A stretch of 64,000 nt of DNA from Myxococcales bacterium (GCA_035635335.1 DASQBG010000065.1:2158-66157); one strand, 5' to 3'. Positions 40,924-52,023 are shown, counted from the first letter of the stretch. Numbers and translations: made by a program. The notes: generated by a model from the sequence alone, not told the origin.

Positions 40924-41240
40924 GGCTTGTACAGTCGCAGGCGCTCGACCGGCTCGCCCTTGACCAGGTGCTTCTCGACGATCTCGTCGACGTCCTGCAA
41001 GGTGACCCGGCCGTACCAGACCCCCTCGGGATAGACGACCACCGAGCATCCCAGCGCGCAGTTGTCCAGGCAGCCGGCCTTGTTCGCGCGGACGTCCGCG
41101 TCGAGGCCGCGCGTTTTCAAGGCGGCCTTGAACGCCTGGTGCAAGGCCTCGCTCCCCTTCTGCGCGCACGAGCCGCGCGGGTGGCCGGGGCCGCGGTCGT
41201 TGAGGCAGACGAACAGGTGCTTGCGGAAGGGGGGCGGCAT
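40920..41240 (-). CDS. thioredoxin-like [2Fe-2S] ferredoxin
   Basis: Distal 106 codons of ORF 40920..41513, with the ATG at 41240. Motifs HLFVCLNDRG…GSC…AGCLDNCALG…VVVYPEGVWYG. The stop overlaps the convergent SirB1-like gene stop by 4 nt. Confidence 0.8.
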   Translation of the reverse strand: MPPPFRKHLFVCLNDRGPGHPRGSCAQKGSEALHQAFKAALKTRGLDADVRANKAGCLDNCALGCSVVVYPEGVWYGRVTLQDVDEIVEKHLVKGEPVERLRLYKP

Positions 41241-41242
41241 CT

Positions 41243-41917
41243 TCAGTCCTGCTCCAGGGCGGCGCGGAATGCGGCGGCCGGGTCGGATGCGGACCCGATC
41301 GCCTCGTCGATCAGCGCATCGGCGCGGCCGCGCACCGCGGCGGCGGGATGCAGCGCCAGCATCAGCACGCGCCGGGGGACGGCGGCGAAGAGATCCTCGC
41401 CTGCGCGCGCCAGGGCGACGGCGGCGGCACGGGCGGCGGCGGCGCGCTGCACCTCCTCGGGCGTCTCGCAGGCGACGCAAGCGGCCATGTGGGTCGCCCG
41501 GGCGGCGCCGCACAGCCGCTCGAGCTGCTCGCCGGGAAGGAGCGCCGCATGGAGCAGCACCGCGTCGGCCCCGGCGGCGCGCGACTCGTATACCTGGAAC
41601 TCTTCCAGCAAGAGGTCGCAGCGCAGCACTGGGACCGAGACGGCGTGGGCTGCTTGCGCGAGCGCCGGAAGCTCGGCCTGCGGATCCTCGACGGAGATGG
41701 CGAGCGCGGCGACCTCCGCCTCGTCGAGGGCGCGCGCCGACCCGGTCAGCCCCGGCCGCGCCGCGGCCAGAAGAGGGACGTGCTCCACCGCCTGCCGCTG
41801 CCGGTCGATGGCCTGGGCGAAGCTGCGGATGCTGGGCGCGATCGACCGCGTATCGGGCCGACCCGCCGCGAGATTCTGCTCCCTCCTCCTCCGCACCGCC
41901 GCCTCATCCACGCGCAC
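41243..41917 (-). CDS. indole-3-glycerol-phosphate synthase-like TIM-barrel protein with degenerate catalytic positions
   Basis: ORF 41243..41917. VPVLRCDLLLEEFQVYESRAAGADAVLLHAALL resembles the TrpC LRKDFIxDxYQxxEARxxGADAxLLI block. The Lys/Glu/Asn signature positions are not conserved. Confidence 0.6.
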   Translation of the reverse strand: MRVDEAAVRRRREQNLAAGRPDTRSIAPSIRSFAQAIDRQRQAVEHVPLLAAARPGLTGSARALDEAEVAALAISVEDPQAELPALAQAAHAVSVPVLRCDLLLEEFQVYESRAAGADAVLLHAALLPGEQLERLCGAARATHMAACVACETPEEVQRAAAARAAAVALARAGEDLFAAVPRRVLMLALHPAAAVRGRADALIDEAIGSASDPAAAFRAALEQD

Positions 41918-41963
41918 GCCACGAGCATGTCGCGCAAACCCCCCTTGTGCAACGGAAGAAGAC

Positions 41964-42085
41964 TTTCACGCAGAGCCCGCGGAGAACGCAGAGGGCTTGT
42001 TTTTCGGTGGCGCCGATCGGCCGCTCGCGCCCGGATCGTGCACCCGAACCAGAATCCTCCGCGAGCTCAGCGGGCTCTGCGTGAA
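41964..42085. repeat. palindromic MITE/REP-like element, copy 2 (longer)
   Basis: Starts TTTCACGCAGAGCCCGCGGAGAACGCAGAG (41964-) and ends CTCTGCGTGAA (42075-42085). Same termini as the copy at 27712-27782. Confidence 0.65.
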
Positions 42086-42098
42086 CCGCTTTTGACTT

Positions 42099-43493
42099 CT
42101 AGAGCAAGCGGAGGAGGCGGGTGCGGATGCCGTCGCGGGTGCGGCCGTCCGGGGCGCAGTTGAGCGCGCGCTCGAGCGCTTCGACGGCTTTGCGGCGGAA
42201 CCCCTTCTCCAGGTACAGCTCGGCCAGGCTGCAGAGCGCGGCGAAGTGCGTCGGCCGCAGCTCGACGGCCTTCTCGTACGCGCTCATCGCGCGGAAGGCC
42301 TCGCCCGTCTCGCGCAGCGCACGCCCCAGCGCGAAGTGGTTGCGCGCCGAAAACGGGTCGGCCTTCGCCGCCTGCTCCAGCGCGCCGCGCGCCTGCGCGG
42401 GGCGGCCGTGGGAGAGGTGATCCACACCCTCCTTGTAGCTGCGCTCCGCGGCCTCCTTCTGCTCGGCCGACATGCCTCGCGGGCTCTCCAACTGGTTGTG
42501 CACGCGGCGGAGCACGTCCGCGAGGTGGAAGGGCTTCTCCAGGTAGTCGTCGGCGCCGAACGCCTCCCGGGCATCCTGCGCGAACCTCCAGCCGCGGTAG
42601 ACGGCGCTCATCATCAGCACCGGCACGTTGCGCAGCCGCGCATCGCCCTTGATGCGGCTGCACAGCTCGAACCCGTGCACGTGCGGGAGCATGGCGTCGA
42701 GCACCACCAGGTCGGGCGGGGGGCCCTTCAACTTCTGCTCCGCCTCGAGCCCGTCCCGGGCGGTCTCCACCACGTACCCCTCGGCGCGCAGCGACTTCTC
42801 CAGCAGCCGCAGGATCTCCGGCTCGTCGTCGACCACCAGCACGCGAGCCGGGCCGACGCGCACGGTTTCCTGGTGCACGATCTCCTCGTCGGCGGGGGGC
42901 TCCGCGCCCTCGATCTCGAACGCCAGCGCGTCGATCTCCATGGTGGGGATGTCCACCTCGTCCGTGCGCACGCCGATCTCTCCCGGCCGGATGGCGGCGA
43001 TGCCGGGAGGCGCCTCGCGCGAAAGGCCCTCGCCGTGCCAGGACTCCTCGCCGCGATCGCGCGCCTCGTACGCGGCCGCGATCGCCTTCTCGAGGGTGGC
43101 AGGGAGGGCCGCGTACGGCGACACCAGCATCCCCGTGATGAACTGCAGCTCGGCGAGCGTCTCCTGCGTATAGGAGGTGCAGTCCACGGCCACGTGCAGG
43201 CGCGCGCCCTCGGTGGAGAGGGGTAGGAGCAGGTCCGCCTCGGCGACCGGCCGCGGGATCAGCTCGAGCGCGGCGAGCGGGATGGCGGTGCGAGAGAGGT
43301 CCGCCGCTGGGATGCCCAAGTGCTCCGCCACGATCGACAGCAGCTCGGGCTCGTTGACGGCGCCGCTCTCCAGTACCCGCTCGAGGAAGGCCGCCGCGGA
43401 TGCCGGCGTCGCGGCCAGCATGCTCCGCATCCACCGGTCCTCGACGTACCCCTTCGAGACCAGCAGACGGCCGATCTGCTCCGCTCCGGACAA
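42099..43493 (-). CDS. response regulator with N-terminal T2SS-E N-terminal (MshEN-like) domain, receiver domain and C-terminal TPR
   Basis: ORF 42099..43493. GspE-N-like IGRLLVSKGYV…LGIPAADL…. Receiver domain RVLVVDDEP…DLVVLDAMLP…K. TPR-like C-terminus. Confidence 0.85.
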   Translation of the reverse strand: MSGAEQIGRLLVSKGYVEDRWMRSMLAATPASAAAFLERVLESGAVNEPELLSIVAEHLGIPAADLSRTAIPLAALELIPRPVAEADLLLPLSTEGARLHVAVDCTSYTQETLAELQFITGMLVSPYAALPATLEKAIAAAYEARDRGEESWHGEGLSREAPPGIAAIRPGEIGVRTDEVDIPTMEIDALAFEIEGAEPPADEEIVHQETVRVGPARVLVVDDEPEILRLLEKSLRAEGYVVETARDGLEAEQKLKGPPPDLVVLDAMLPHVHGFELCSRIKGDARLRNVPVLMMSAVYRGWRFAQDAREAFGADDYLEKPFHLADVLRRVHNQLESPRGMSAEQKEAAERSYKEGVDHLSHGRPAQARGALEQAAKADPFSARNHFALGRALRETGEAFRAMSAYEKAVELRPTHFAALCSLAELYLEKGFRRKAVEALERALNCAPDGRTRDGIRTRLLRLL

Positions 43494-43564
43494 CGTTTCC
43501 CCCAGGCGAGAATCCGCGCAGCGAACACGCTAGCACGGGCAACGCGGATCCTCGGTGAGGAAGG

Positions 43565-44554
43565 TCACGCGGCAAAGAGAAAGTCTCGTCCTTCCTCGAA
43601 CCCCCTCGTCGCCAGCTCTGCGCGGATGTCTTCCCGCGCCCCCGCCCTGCCCACTGCGCAGAGGATCAGCGCGCCGTCGGGCGCGCGCAATTCGGCGGGC
43701 GCGGCGACGCGCACCCCGCGCGCGACGCGCTTGCGCGGGTCCACGTCCCAGAAGCGGCGCGGCCGCAGCCCGTGCGCCTCCAGCGCCCGCGCCAGCCGCT
43801 TGCCGGTGGGCCCGGCGCCCCACACGTCGAAGGAGCGTCCCCGCAGCGGACCGCCGGCCAGGTGATGCGCGCGCAGCTCGATCATGCGCTCCGGACGATA
43901 GGCCTCGCCCAGTCTCGTCAGCCGCCCGGGCGAGTCGCGCCAGAAGAGAAGCACCCTGGGCACTTTCGCCAGCCGCCAGCCGCCCGCTGCCAGCCGGAGC
44001 ATGAGGTCCCAGTCCTCCGCCCACCCGGCGTCGCGCCAGCCTCCCACTGCCTCCAGGGCCTTGCGGCGGAAGGTGGTGCTGGGGTGCACCAGCGGCGCCT
44101 CGATGAAGCGCGCCGCTTCGCACTGCTCGGGAGTGACCACGGAGTCCAGCCAGGCCTCGAGGCGGGCGAGGCCCGGCGTGAGCGGTCGGGGGAAGCACCG
44201 GACCAGGCTGCCGACCGCGCCGAGGGACACGTCGCGGGCGAGCATCTCCGCTTGCAGGCGAAGCCGGTCCGGATCCACCAGGTCGTCCGCGTCCATGCGC
44301 GCGATCAACTCGCCTCGGCAGTGCGCCAGCCCGAGCTGCAGCGCGGCGACCAGACCGCGTCCCTCGCCCTGGAAGACCCGCACGCGCTCGTCCGAGCGGG
44401 CGAAGCGCGCCAGCGCGTCGCCCGTCCCGTCGCTCGAAGCGTCGTCGACGCAGACCACCTCGAACGGAGGCGCTCCGCGCTGCCGCAGGATTCCCTGCAG
44501 CGCCGCATCCACGGTCGCCGCCGCATCTCGCGCCGGCAGGAGCACGCTGATCAC
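43565..44554 (-). CDS. family 2 glycosyltransferase
   Basis: ORF 43565..44554. MISVLLPARDAA…VVCVDDASSDGT and DADD motifs. Confidence 0.85.
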   Translation of the reverse strand: MISVLLPARDAAATVDAALQGILRQRGAPPFEVVCVDDASSDGTGDALARFARSDERVRVFQGEGRGLVAALQLGLAHCRGELIARMDADDLVDPDRLRLQAEMLARDVSLGAVGSLVRCFPRPLTPGLARLEAWLDSVVTPEQCEAARFIEAPLVHPSTTFRRKALEAVGGWRDAGWAEDWDLMLRLAAGGWRLAKVPRVLLFWRDSPGRLTRLGEAYRPERMIELRAHHLAGGPLRGRSFDVWGAGPTGKRLARALEAHGLRPRRFWDVDPRKRVARGVRVAAPAELRAPDGALILCAVGRAGAREDIRAELATRGFEEGRDFLFAA

Positions 44555-44640
44555 GACCCGAACATATCCCTGTGCCGCAATCGACGCCGCTCCCGCGGGG
44601 CGTTTGCGGGCGCACGCGGTCCGCGCGAGGCTCTCGCGGC

Positions 44641-45177
44641 ATGCCCTCCCTGCACGAGCTGTCGCACGAGGACGAGGACGGGATCCTGCGCGCGGTGGTC
44701 GAGGCGCCCAAGGGCGCGCACGTCAAGACCAAGTGGGATCCGGAGCTGGGCGCGATGGTCGTCGGCCGGACGTTGCCCCTCGGGCTCTCGTATCCGTTCG
44801 ACTGGGGCTTCATTCCGAGCACGCGGGCGGAGGACGGGGACCCCCTCGACGCGCTGATCCTCTGCGAGGATGCCTCCACCTGGCCTGGAGTGGTGGTGCC
44901 GGTCCGCGCCCTGGGAATTTTGCGCATCGAGCAAAAGGGAAAGAAGGGGCGGGTGCGAAACGACCGGCTGGTCACCATGCCGGTGGAGCTGGCCCGCTGG
45001 GGCCGGATCGCCGAGGTGCGGGACCTGGCGCCGCGCATGCGCGCCGAAGTGGAGAAGTTCTGCCTGGACACGACCTTCTTCACGGCCAAGGACGCGCGCT
45101 CGCTCGGCTTCGCCGGACCGGGCGCCGCGCGGCGCCTGGTCCGGAAGGCCGTGGACGCGTACGAGAAGGACCGGTGA
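44641..45177 (+). CDS. ppa: inorganic pyrophosphatase (family I)
   Basis: ORF 44572..45177, with the internal ATG at 44641. YPFDWGFIPST…DGDPLDALIL motif. Confidence 0.9.
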   Translation: MPSLHELSHEDEDGILRAVVEAPKGAHVKTKWDPELGAMVVGRTLPLGLSYPFDWGFIPSTRAEDGDPLDALILCEDASTWPGVVVPVRALGILRIEQKGKKGRVRNDRLVTMPVELARWGRIAEVRDLAPRMRAEVEKFCLDTTFFTAKDARSLGFAGPGAARRLVRKAVDAYEKDR

Positions 45178-45971
45178 CGCGGCCAGGAAAAGTCTCCGGG
45201 CTGCACGCGGAAACGCCCCTGCGCGCCGCCGCCGAGCGGCTGCTGCAGGCGCGCCTGGCCGACGTGCACGCGGCGGAAGCGCGCGCCTTGCGGCGGCTCG
45301 ACCCGGAGACCATCCACGATCTGCGGGTCGCCTGCCGCAGGCTGCGCGCGGCAGTGAAGATGTTCGGCAAGAAGAGGTTGCGCGCGCTGGACGGCCGCAT
45401 CGAGCACCTGCAGGACGCGCTGGGCGAGGTGCGCGACCTGCAGCTCCAGGTCCAATGGTTGAAGCGGCACCGTGGGGACGCGCGCCGGGTCCACGCCAGG
45501 CTGCGCAAGGGGGAGGCCCACCTCAGGCAGGCGCTGGCGTTCTGGAGCCGCCGCTCGGAGCCGCAGGTCCTTCGCGCCTTGTCGCACGTGCGCAGTGGTG
45601 GAACCCTCGGCGGCCCGCGCACGCGGAAGCGGCTCCGCAAGCGCCTGCGGCAGCTGGAAGAGGCCCTCGCGGTGAGCGATCCACTCGAGCCCGCCGCCGC
45701 CCACCGGATCCGCGTCGCCGCAAAGAAGCTGCGCTACGAGGCGGAGCTGCTGCGCGACGCGATCGACCTGGAGGAGGTGCTCGACCTGCTCTCGGACCTC
45801 CAGACCACGCTCGGCGAGGTGCACGACGCGGACGTGCGCCTCGAGGAGTTCGGCGCCGAGCAGAAGCTGGTCCGCGCTGCCCGCGCGGAACGCAGGCGCA
45901 GGGCAACGAAGGCGCGAGCGCTCCTGCGGCGCTTCTCCAGGGTGGCATCTTCGCTGAAGCGCCGATTGTGA
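45174..45971 (+). CDS. CHAD domain protein
   Basis: Distal 265 codons of ORF 44001..45971. The GTG at 45174 overlaps the ppa stop (GTGA). IHDLRVACRRLRAAVKMF and HRIRVAAKKLRYEAE are CHAD hallmarks. Confidence 0.85.
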   Translation: MTRPGKVSGLHAETPLRAAAERLLQARLADVHAAEARALRRLDPETIHDLRVACRRLRAAVKMFGKKRLRALDGRIEHLQDALGEVRDLQLQVQWLKRHRGDARRVHARLRKGEAHLRQALAFWSRRSEPQVLRALSHVRSGGTLGGPRTRKRLRKRLRQLEEALAVSDPLEPAAAHRIRVAAKKLRYEAELLRDAIDLEEVLDLLSDLQTTLGEVHDADVRLEEFGAEQKLVRAARAERRRRATKARALLRRFSRVASSLKRRL

Positions 45972-45983
45972 CCGCGCAGGGCA

Positions 45984-46034
45984 ACCCATGGTGTCCGCGC
46001 CGTGAAAGACAGAGCGCCGCCCTATCGGCGCCGG

Positions 46035-46038
<4 letters not shown>
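45984..46038 (+). repeat. conserved intergenic element, copy C5
   Basis: ACCCATGGTGTCCGCGCCGTGAAAGACAGAGCGCCGCCCTATCGGCGCCGGCTAG. Its terminal CTAG contains the stop codon of the mutase gene. Confidence 0.65.
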
Positions 46039-47693
<1,655 letters not shown>

Positions 47694-47722
47694 GTGCGTC
47701 CTCGAGGGTACAGCCTAAACGG

Positions 47723-47778
47723 ATCCCAGAACGTCCGCGCCATCAAAAGCGCAGCGCCGCCGAATAGGGCGGCGACTG
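47723..47778 (+). repeat. conserved intergenic element, copy C2 (best copy)
   Basis: ATCCCAGAACGTCCGCGCCATCAAAAGCGCAGCGCCGCCGAATAGGGCGGCGACTG. Abuts the stop codon at 47779. Confidence 0.8.
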
Positions 47779-48582
47779 TTACTTCACGCCTTCCGCGTAT
47801 GCGACGGCGTACCAGAACGCCGCTTCGGGGCGCTTCCCGAAACGGCGGAGCTGCGCCAGCGCCTCGTCCATCTCGGGCGCCCCGAGCAGCCCGTTCCCCA
47901 CGATGCTGTCGCGGGTCGCGACCAGCAGGAAGTGCAGGTTCTCGACGAACGCCGGAAAGGCCGGCTCGCCGGCGCAGGCGCCGAAGAAGAGCCAGGTGCA
48001 GCGGGTCGGCCGCGCTCCGGCTTCGTGCAGGAGCGTCGTGAGCCGGCGTCCCACGATGGGATCGTTGCCGAGCCGATCGTAGGTGCGCATGTACGCCTGC
48101 CAGAGCGGCCGCAGTCCGGGCGGCTCCGGCCAGAGGCGGAGCACGTCGTGATCGTCGTCCTGGAGCACGATGCGCCCGCCGGGGCGCACGGCGCGCACCA
48201 TCGCCTTCACCACCGCGAGCGGATCGGGGACGTGCTCCAGCAGGAATCGCGCGTGCGCCAGATCGTAGGCGCCCGGCTCCACCTGCGCGAAGAGCACGTC
48301 GGCTTCGCGGAGCTCGAGGAGCCGCTCCTCGCCGGCCGCCCTCGCCTGCCGCATCGCCTCGGCGATCTGCTCGATGCTCCGCTCCAGCCCCACCGCGCGG
48401 ACGCCCGCCAGGCGAGCCATCGCGCGCGTCAGCTGCGCGAGCCCGCAGCCGAAATCGACGATGCGCTCGCCGCCGCGCAGGCGCAGCTCGTGCAAGGCCG
48501 CGTCGTTGAGCAGCTGGTTGAGCTGCGAGAGCCGCGCCTGCTCGTCGGGCGCGGTGCCGTGGATGTAGCGGGATTCGCTCAC
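47779..48582 (-). CDS. class I SAM-dependent methyltransferase
   Basis: Distal 267 codons of ORF 47779..49800. The GTG at 48582 overlaps the upstream stop (GTGA). Motif I is [10 protein letters not shown]. Confidence 0.85.
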   Translation of the reverse strand: MSESRYIHGTAPDEQARLSQLNQLLNDAALHELRLRGGERIVDFGCGLAQLTRAMARLAGVRAVGLERSIEQIAEAMRQARAAGEERLLELREADVLFAQVEPGAYDLAHARFLLEHVPDPLAVVKAMVRAVRPGGRIVLQDDDHDVLRLWPEPPGLRPLWQAYMRTYDRLGNDPIVGRRLTTLLHEAGARPTRCTWLFFGACAGEPAFPAFVENLHFLLVATRDSIVGNGLLGAPEMDEALAQLRRFGKRPEAAFWYAVAYAEGVK

Positions 48583-49784
48583 GAGCGCCTCGCGAGGGCC
48601 AGCGCCGCCCAGGGGACCGTCGCGCTGAGGAAGGCCGCGGCCGAGGCGCCCAGCCAGAGGTGGAAGTGAGGCGGGTCCACCTCGAGCAAGACGCGCGCGA
48701 CCAGCGCCGCGACCAGCAGCGCGCAGGAGGCGACGAGCTGCCAGGGGTGCCCGCGCAGCGGCCCCGGCCGGCCGCCGTGCGACAGGCCCACCTGGGTGGA
48801 GACGGCGAGCACCAGTGCGGTGAAGCACCCCAGGAAAACGAGGTGGAGCCCTGCGCGCCGGTACTCGGGCGCGACCGCCACCCACAGGTACCCGGCCGGC
48901 AGCATCCACACGGAAAACCGCGCCACGCGCCGGTGCAGGCCGGGCAGGGTCGGCGGCTGCAACGCCTGGAGCGAGCCGATCACCACCGACAGGGTGATCG
49001 CGGCGCGCAATGCGTAGGCCATCGGCACCGAGACACGGTGCTCGAGGAAGAAGGTGGCCGCGAACACCGCCGCGAGCAGCGCGTGAAGCGCGTATGCCCA
49101 GGCGCGCGGCGGCGTATCCACGGTGGGATCGACTCCGCGGGTGATGGCCGGCAGGAGGAGGCCGCCGATCCCCAGCACCAAGCCGGTGAACAGGCCCTGC
49201 AGCAGGAGGCCGCGCCCGACCAGGTGCAACCAGAAGCTTCCAGCATCGAGCGTTGGGCCGAGTCCCGCGAGCAGCGCCCCCGCGGCGCCCATCAGAAGGC
49301 CCGCGGCAACCCAGACGAAGCTGGGCGGGATCCGCCGGCTGCCGTGCCCGGCTCGCCGGACGACGAATCCGACCAGCACCGCGATGAGCGCGATCCAGCA
49401 GATCTGCGCCAGGAGCCACCGCTCGAACCAGGCGCAGACGACCGAGGCCACCGGCGCGGCCAGCGCCACCGCCATCTGCCACCAGGAGGGCGGCGCGGTC
49501 CCGGTGCGGCGCGGGAGGAGGGTGAAGAGGAACCCCACCGCGAAGCAGGTGAGGAACCCTTCCACCTGCGCGACCGGATGGAACGCGGCGCGGTAACCGA
49601 TCGCTTCGAACATCGGGCGGTACAGCTCGGTCGCGCCGAGGGAGAACAGAAGCCAGGGCAGGACGCCCGCCCAGGCGAGCAGCGCGCCCAGCGGAAAGAG
49701 CAGCAGGTACGGCTCGCGCCGCCAGGCCGGCGCGCGTGCGAGCACGTCCGGCGGGGCGGCGACGGGCAGCGGGGCGGCGTCCAT
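48579..49784 (-). CDS. NnrS family membrane protein
   Basis: ORF 48579..49802. Multi-TM, with the NnrS-like N-terminal pattern ([17 protein letters not shown]…HPVAQVEGF). The ATG at 49784 is preferred over the TTG at 49802. Confidence 0.8.
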   Translation of the reverse strand: MDAAPLPVAAPPDVLARAPAWRREPYLLLFPLGALLAWAGVLPWLLFSLGATELYRPMFEAIGYRAAFHPVAQVEGFLTCFAVGFLFTLLPRRTGTAPPSWWQMAVALAAPVASVVCAWFERWLLAQICWIALIAVLVGFVVRRAGHGSRRIPPSFVWVAAGLLMGAAGALLAGLGPTLDAGSFWLHLVGRGLLLQGLFTGLVLGIGGLLLPAITRGVDPTVDTPPRAWAYALHALLAAVFAATFFLEHRVSVPMAYALRAAITLSVVIGSLQALQPPTLPGLHRRVARFSVWMLPAGYLWVAVAPEYRRAGLHLVFLGCFTALVLAVSTQVGLSHGGRPGPLRGHPWQLVASCALLVAALVARVLLEVDPPHFHLWLGASAAAFLSATVPWAALALARRS

Positions 49785-49793
49785 TTGGACTAC

Positions 49794-49855
49794 ATTCCAC
49801 AACGTCCGCGGTGTGAAAAGCGTGGCGCCGCCGGATGCGGCGGCGACTGGACTAG
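49794..49855 (+). repeat. conserved intergenic element, copy C3
   Basis: ATTCCACAACGTCCGCGGTGTGAAAAGCGTGGCGCCGCCGGATGCGGCGGCGACTGGACTAG. Its terminal CTAG contains the stop codon of the biotin-carrier gene. Confidence 0.8.
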
Positions 49856-50379
49856 ACGACCACGGCCAGCTTGGCTCCCGCCTCCACCGCCTGCCCTTCC
49901 TGCGCGTGCAACTCGGCGAGGACGCCGGCCTTCGGGCTCTTCAGCTCGTTCTCCATCTTCATCGCCTCGACGACCACGAGACCCTGGCCTTCCTGGACCT
50001 GGTCTCCCTGCTTCACCAGCACGCGGACCACCTTGCCGGGCATGGGCGAGTCGACCCGCTGCGGACCCTCGAGGCTGAACTTCCCCGACGCGCGGCGCAG
50101 GCGCAGGCGGCGCTCGTCGAGGATCTCCAGCTCGTGGACCTCGTTACCGACCAGCACCGCGACCCGGCCGTCCTTGCCGGGCTCGACCTCGCAGCGCACG
50201 CTCCGCCCGTCGACGATGAGGGACATCGCGTGCCCGGCGAGATGCACGGTGTCGACCTCCAGCGCGCGGGCGTTCGCCGCCTGCTGCGTCCCGCCGTGGA
50301 TCGTCACCCGGTACGTCTGCCCGTGCGGGGTTACCTCGACCAGGCGCTCCACCGCTCCGATGATGGCCTGGTACCTCAT
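49852..50379 (-). CDS. biotin carboxyl carrier (biotinyl/lipoyl domain) protein
   Basis: ORF 49852..50379. C-terminal biotinylation motif VVVEAMKMENEL. Confidence 0.85.
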   Translation of the reverse strand: MRYQAIIGAVERLVEVTPHGQTYRVTIHGGTQQAANARALEVDTVHLAGHAMSLIVDGRSVRCEVEPGKDGRVAVLVGNEVHELEILDERRLRLRRASGKFSLEGPQRVDSPMPGKVVRVLVKQGDQVQEGQGLVVVEAMKMENELKSPKAGVLAELHAQEGQAVEAGAKLAVVV

Positions 50380-51920
50380 CCGTTCCTCCGCAGGGCCTCG
50401 AGTCGCCCCGCCCGGGACCAGGCCGATTCACGGGCGGTGGGCTGGGCGGCGGGAGAAAGCGCGGCGCGCTGGTCCTGCTCGAGCTGCCAGATGGCGGCAG
50501 CGGCGAGCGCGATCTCCTGCTCGGGCGTCAGCTGCTTCGCCTCGGGCTTGGCTGGCAGCAGCCGGTCCCTGGCTCGCGCGAGGATGCCAGTGTCGTAGTC
50601 GCCGCGGCGGAACTCCTCCAGATCGAGGATCGCCTTGAGGTAGCGGGTGTTGGTGGTGATGCCCTTCACCACCGTCTCGGAGAGCGCCCGCCGCAAGCGC
50701 GCGATCGCCTGCTCGCGGGTCTGCGCCCAGACGGCGAGCTTGCCGATCATCGGATCGTAGTAGCGCGGCACCTCGGATCCCGACTCCACCCCCCAGTCGT
50801 TGCGCACTCCGGGACCTTCAGCCATCCGCACGTCGGTGATCAGCCCGGGGCTGGGCAGGAAGTTCCGCGCCGGGTCCTCCGCGTACAGGCGCGCCTCGAT
50901 GGCGTGGCCGCGGAGGTTGCGCAGCACGTCCTCCTGTGCCCAGGGCAGCTCCGCTCCCTGCGCCACCTCGATCTGCCAGCGCACCAGGTCGAGCCCGGTG
51001 CACCACTCGGTGATCGGGTGCTCGACCTGGAGGCGCGTGTTCATCTCGAGGAAGTAGAAGTGGCGCGTGTCGCCGTCGACCAGGAACTCGCAGGTCCCCG
51101 CGCCCTCGTACTTCACCGCCAGCGCGGCGCGCACGGCGACCTCGCCCATCTTCGCGCGCAACTCGGGAGTCACGATCGGCGAGGGCGTCTCCTCGATCAC
51201 CTTCTGGTGCCGCCGCTGCACGCTGCACTCGCGCTCGCCCAGCCACAGGCAGCTGCCGAGCTGATCGGCGAAGATCTGGATCTCGACGTGCCGCGGGCGC
51301 GAGATGGCCTTCTCGAGATAGACGCGGCCGTCGCCGAACGCGGAGAGCGCCTCGCGCCTGGCCGTGGCGAGCGCGGCGTCGAACTCGCGCGGCCCTGCGA
51401 CCAGCCGCATGCCCTTGCCGCCGCCGCCGGCGGCCGCCTTGAGCATGATCGGGTAGCCGATCTCCTGGGCAAACCGCTTGGCCTGCTCCTCGCCTCCTTC
51501 GGCGATCGGCTCCTTGAGGCCCGGCACGATCGGCACTCCGGCCTCGCTGACCTTGCGCCGGGCGCGGGTCTTCTCGCCCATCTCCTCCATCGCCTCCGGG
51601 GGCGGGCCGATGAAGGTGAGGCCCGCCTCGCGGCATGCGCGGGCGAACTGCGCGTTCTCGCTGAGGAACCCATAGCCGGGGTGGACGGCGTCCGCCCCGG
51701 TCTTGCGGGCGGCGGCGAGCACGTTCTCGATCGACAGGTAGCTCTCGCGCGAGGGTGGCGGCCCCACCCGGATGGCCTCGTCGCAGCTGCGGACGTGCAG
51801 CGCGGCGCGGTCGGCGTCGCTGTAGACGGCGACCGTACCGATCCCCATCTCGCGGCAGGTGCGCGCCACCCGGACGGCGATCTCGCCGCGATTGGCGATG
51901 AGGACCTTGCGGATGCCCAC
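50376..51920 (-). CDS. biotin carboxylase subunit of an acyl-CoA carboxylase
   Basis: ORF 50376..51920 (GTG start). KVLIANRGEIAVRV, ATP-grasp GGGGKGMR, and EMNTRLQVEHPITE. Confidence 0.92.
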   Translation of the reverse strand: MGIRKVLIANRGEIAVRVARTCREMGIGTVAVYSDADRAALHVRSCDEAIRVGPPPSRESYLSIENVLAAARKTGADAVHPGYGFLSENAQFARACREAGLTFIGPPPEAMEEMGEKTRARRKVSEAGVPIVPGLKEPIAEGGEEQAKRFAQEIGYPIMLKAAAGGGGKGMRLVAGPREFDAALATARREALSAFGDGRVYLEKAISRPRHVEIQIFADQLGSCLWLGERECSVQRRHQKVIEETPSPIVTPELRAKMGEVAVRAALAVKYEGAGTCEFLVDGDTRHFYFLEMNTRLQVEHPITEWCTGLDLVRWQIEVAQGAELPWAQEDVLRNLRGHAIEARLYAEDPARNFLPSPGLITDVRMAEGPGVRNDWGVESGSEVPRYYDPMIGKLAVWAQTREQAIARLRRALSETVVKGITTNTRYLKAILDLEEFRRGDYDTGILARARDRLLPAKPEAKQLTPEQEIALAAAAIWQLEQDQRAALSPAAQPTARESAWSRAGRLEALRRNG

Positions 51921-52023
51921 GCTGCATTCCTCCTGGGGGCGGGGAACTTATCGCGCGGGAGCCGCCGCGGCCAGCGCCGCGTGCCTTCTGAGGAGCACCG
52001 CTCCGGCCGCCGCGTCCCCCCCG

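Noticed and set aside
47723-47778. Reading the conserved intergenic element as a sigma-70 or ECF promoter: TTGATG / TTCACA as -35, or GAAC…GCGT as an ECF pair.
   Set aside because: Only copy C3 gives a plausible -35/-10 pair (TTCACA-N17-TGTAGT). Other copies have no -10-like hexamer at the right spacing. Element orientation relative to downstream genes is mixed.
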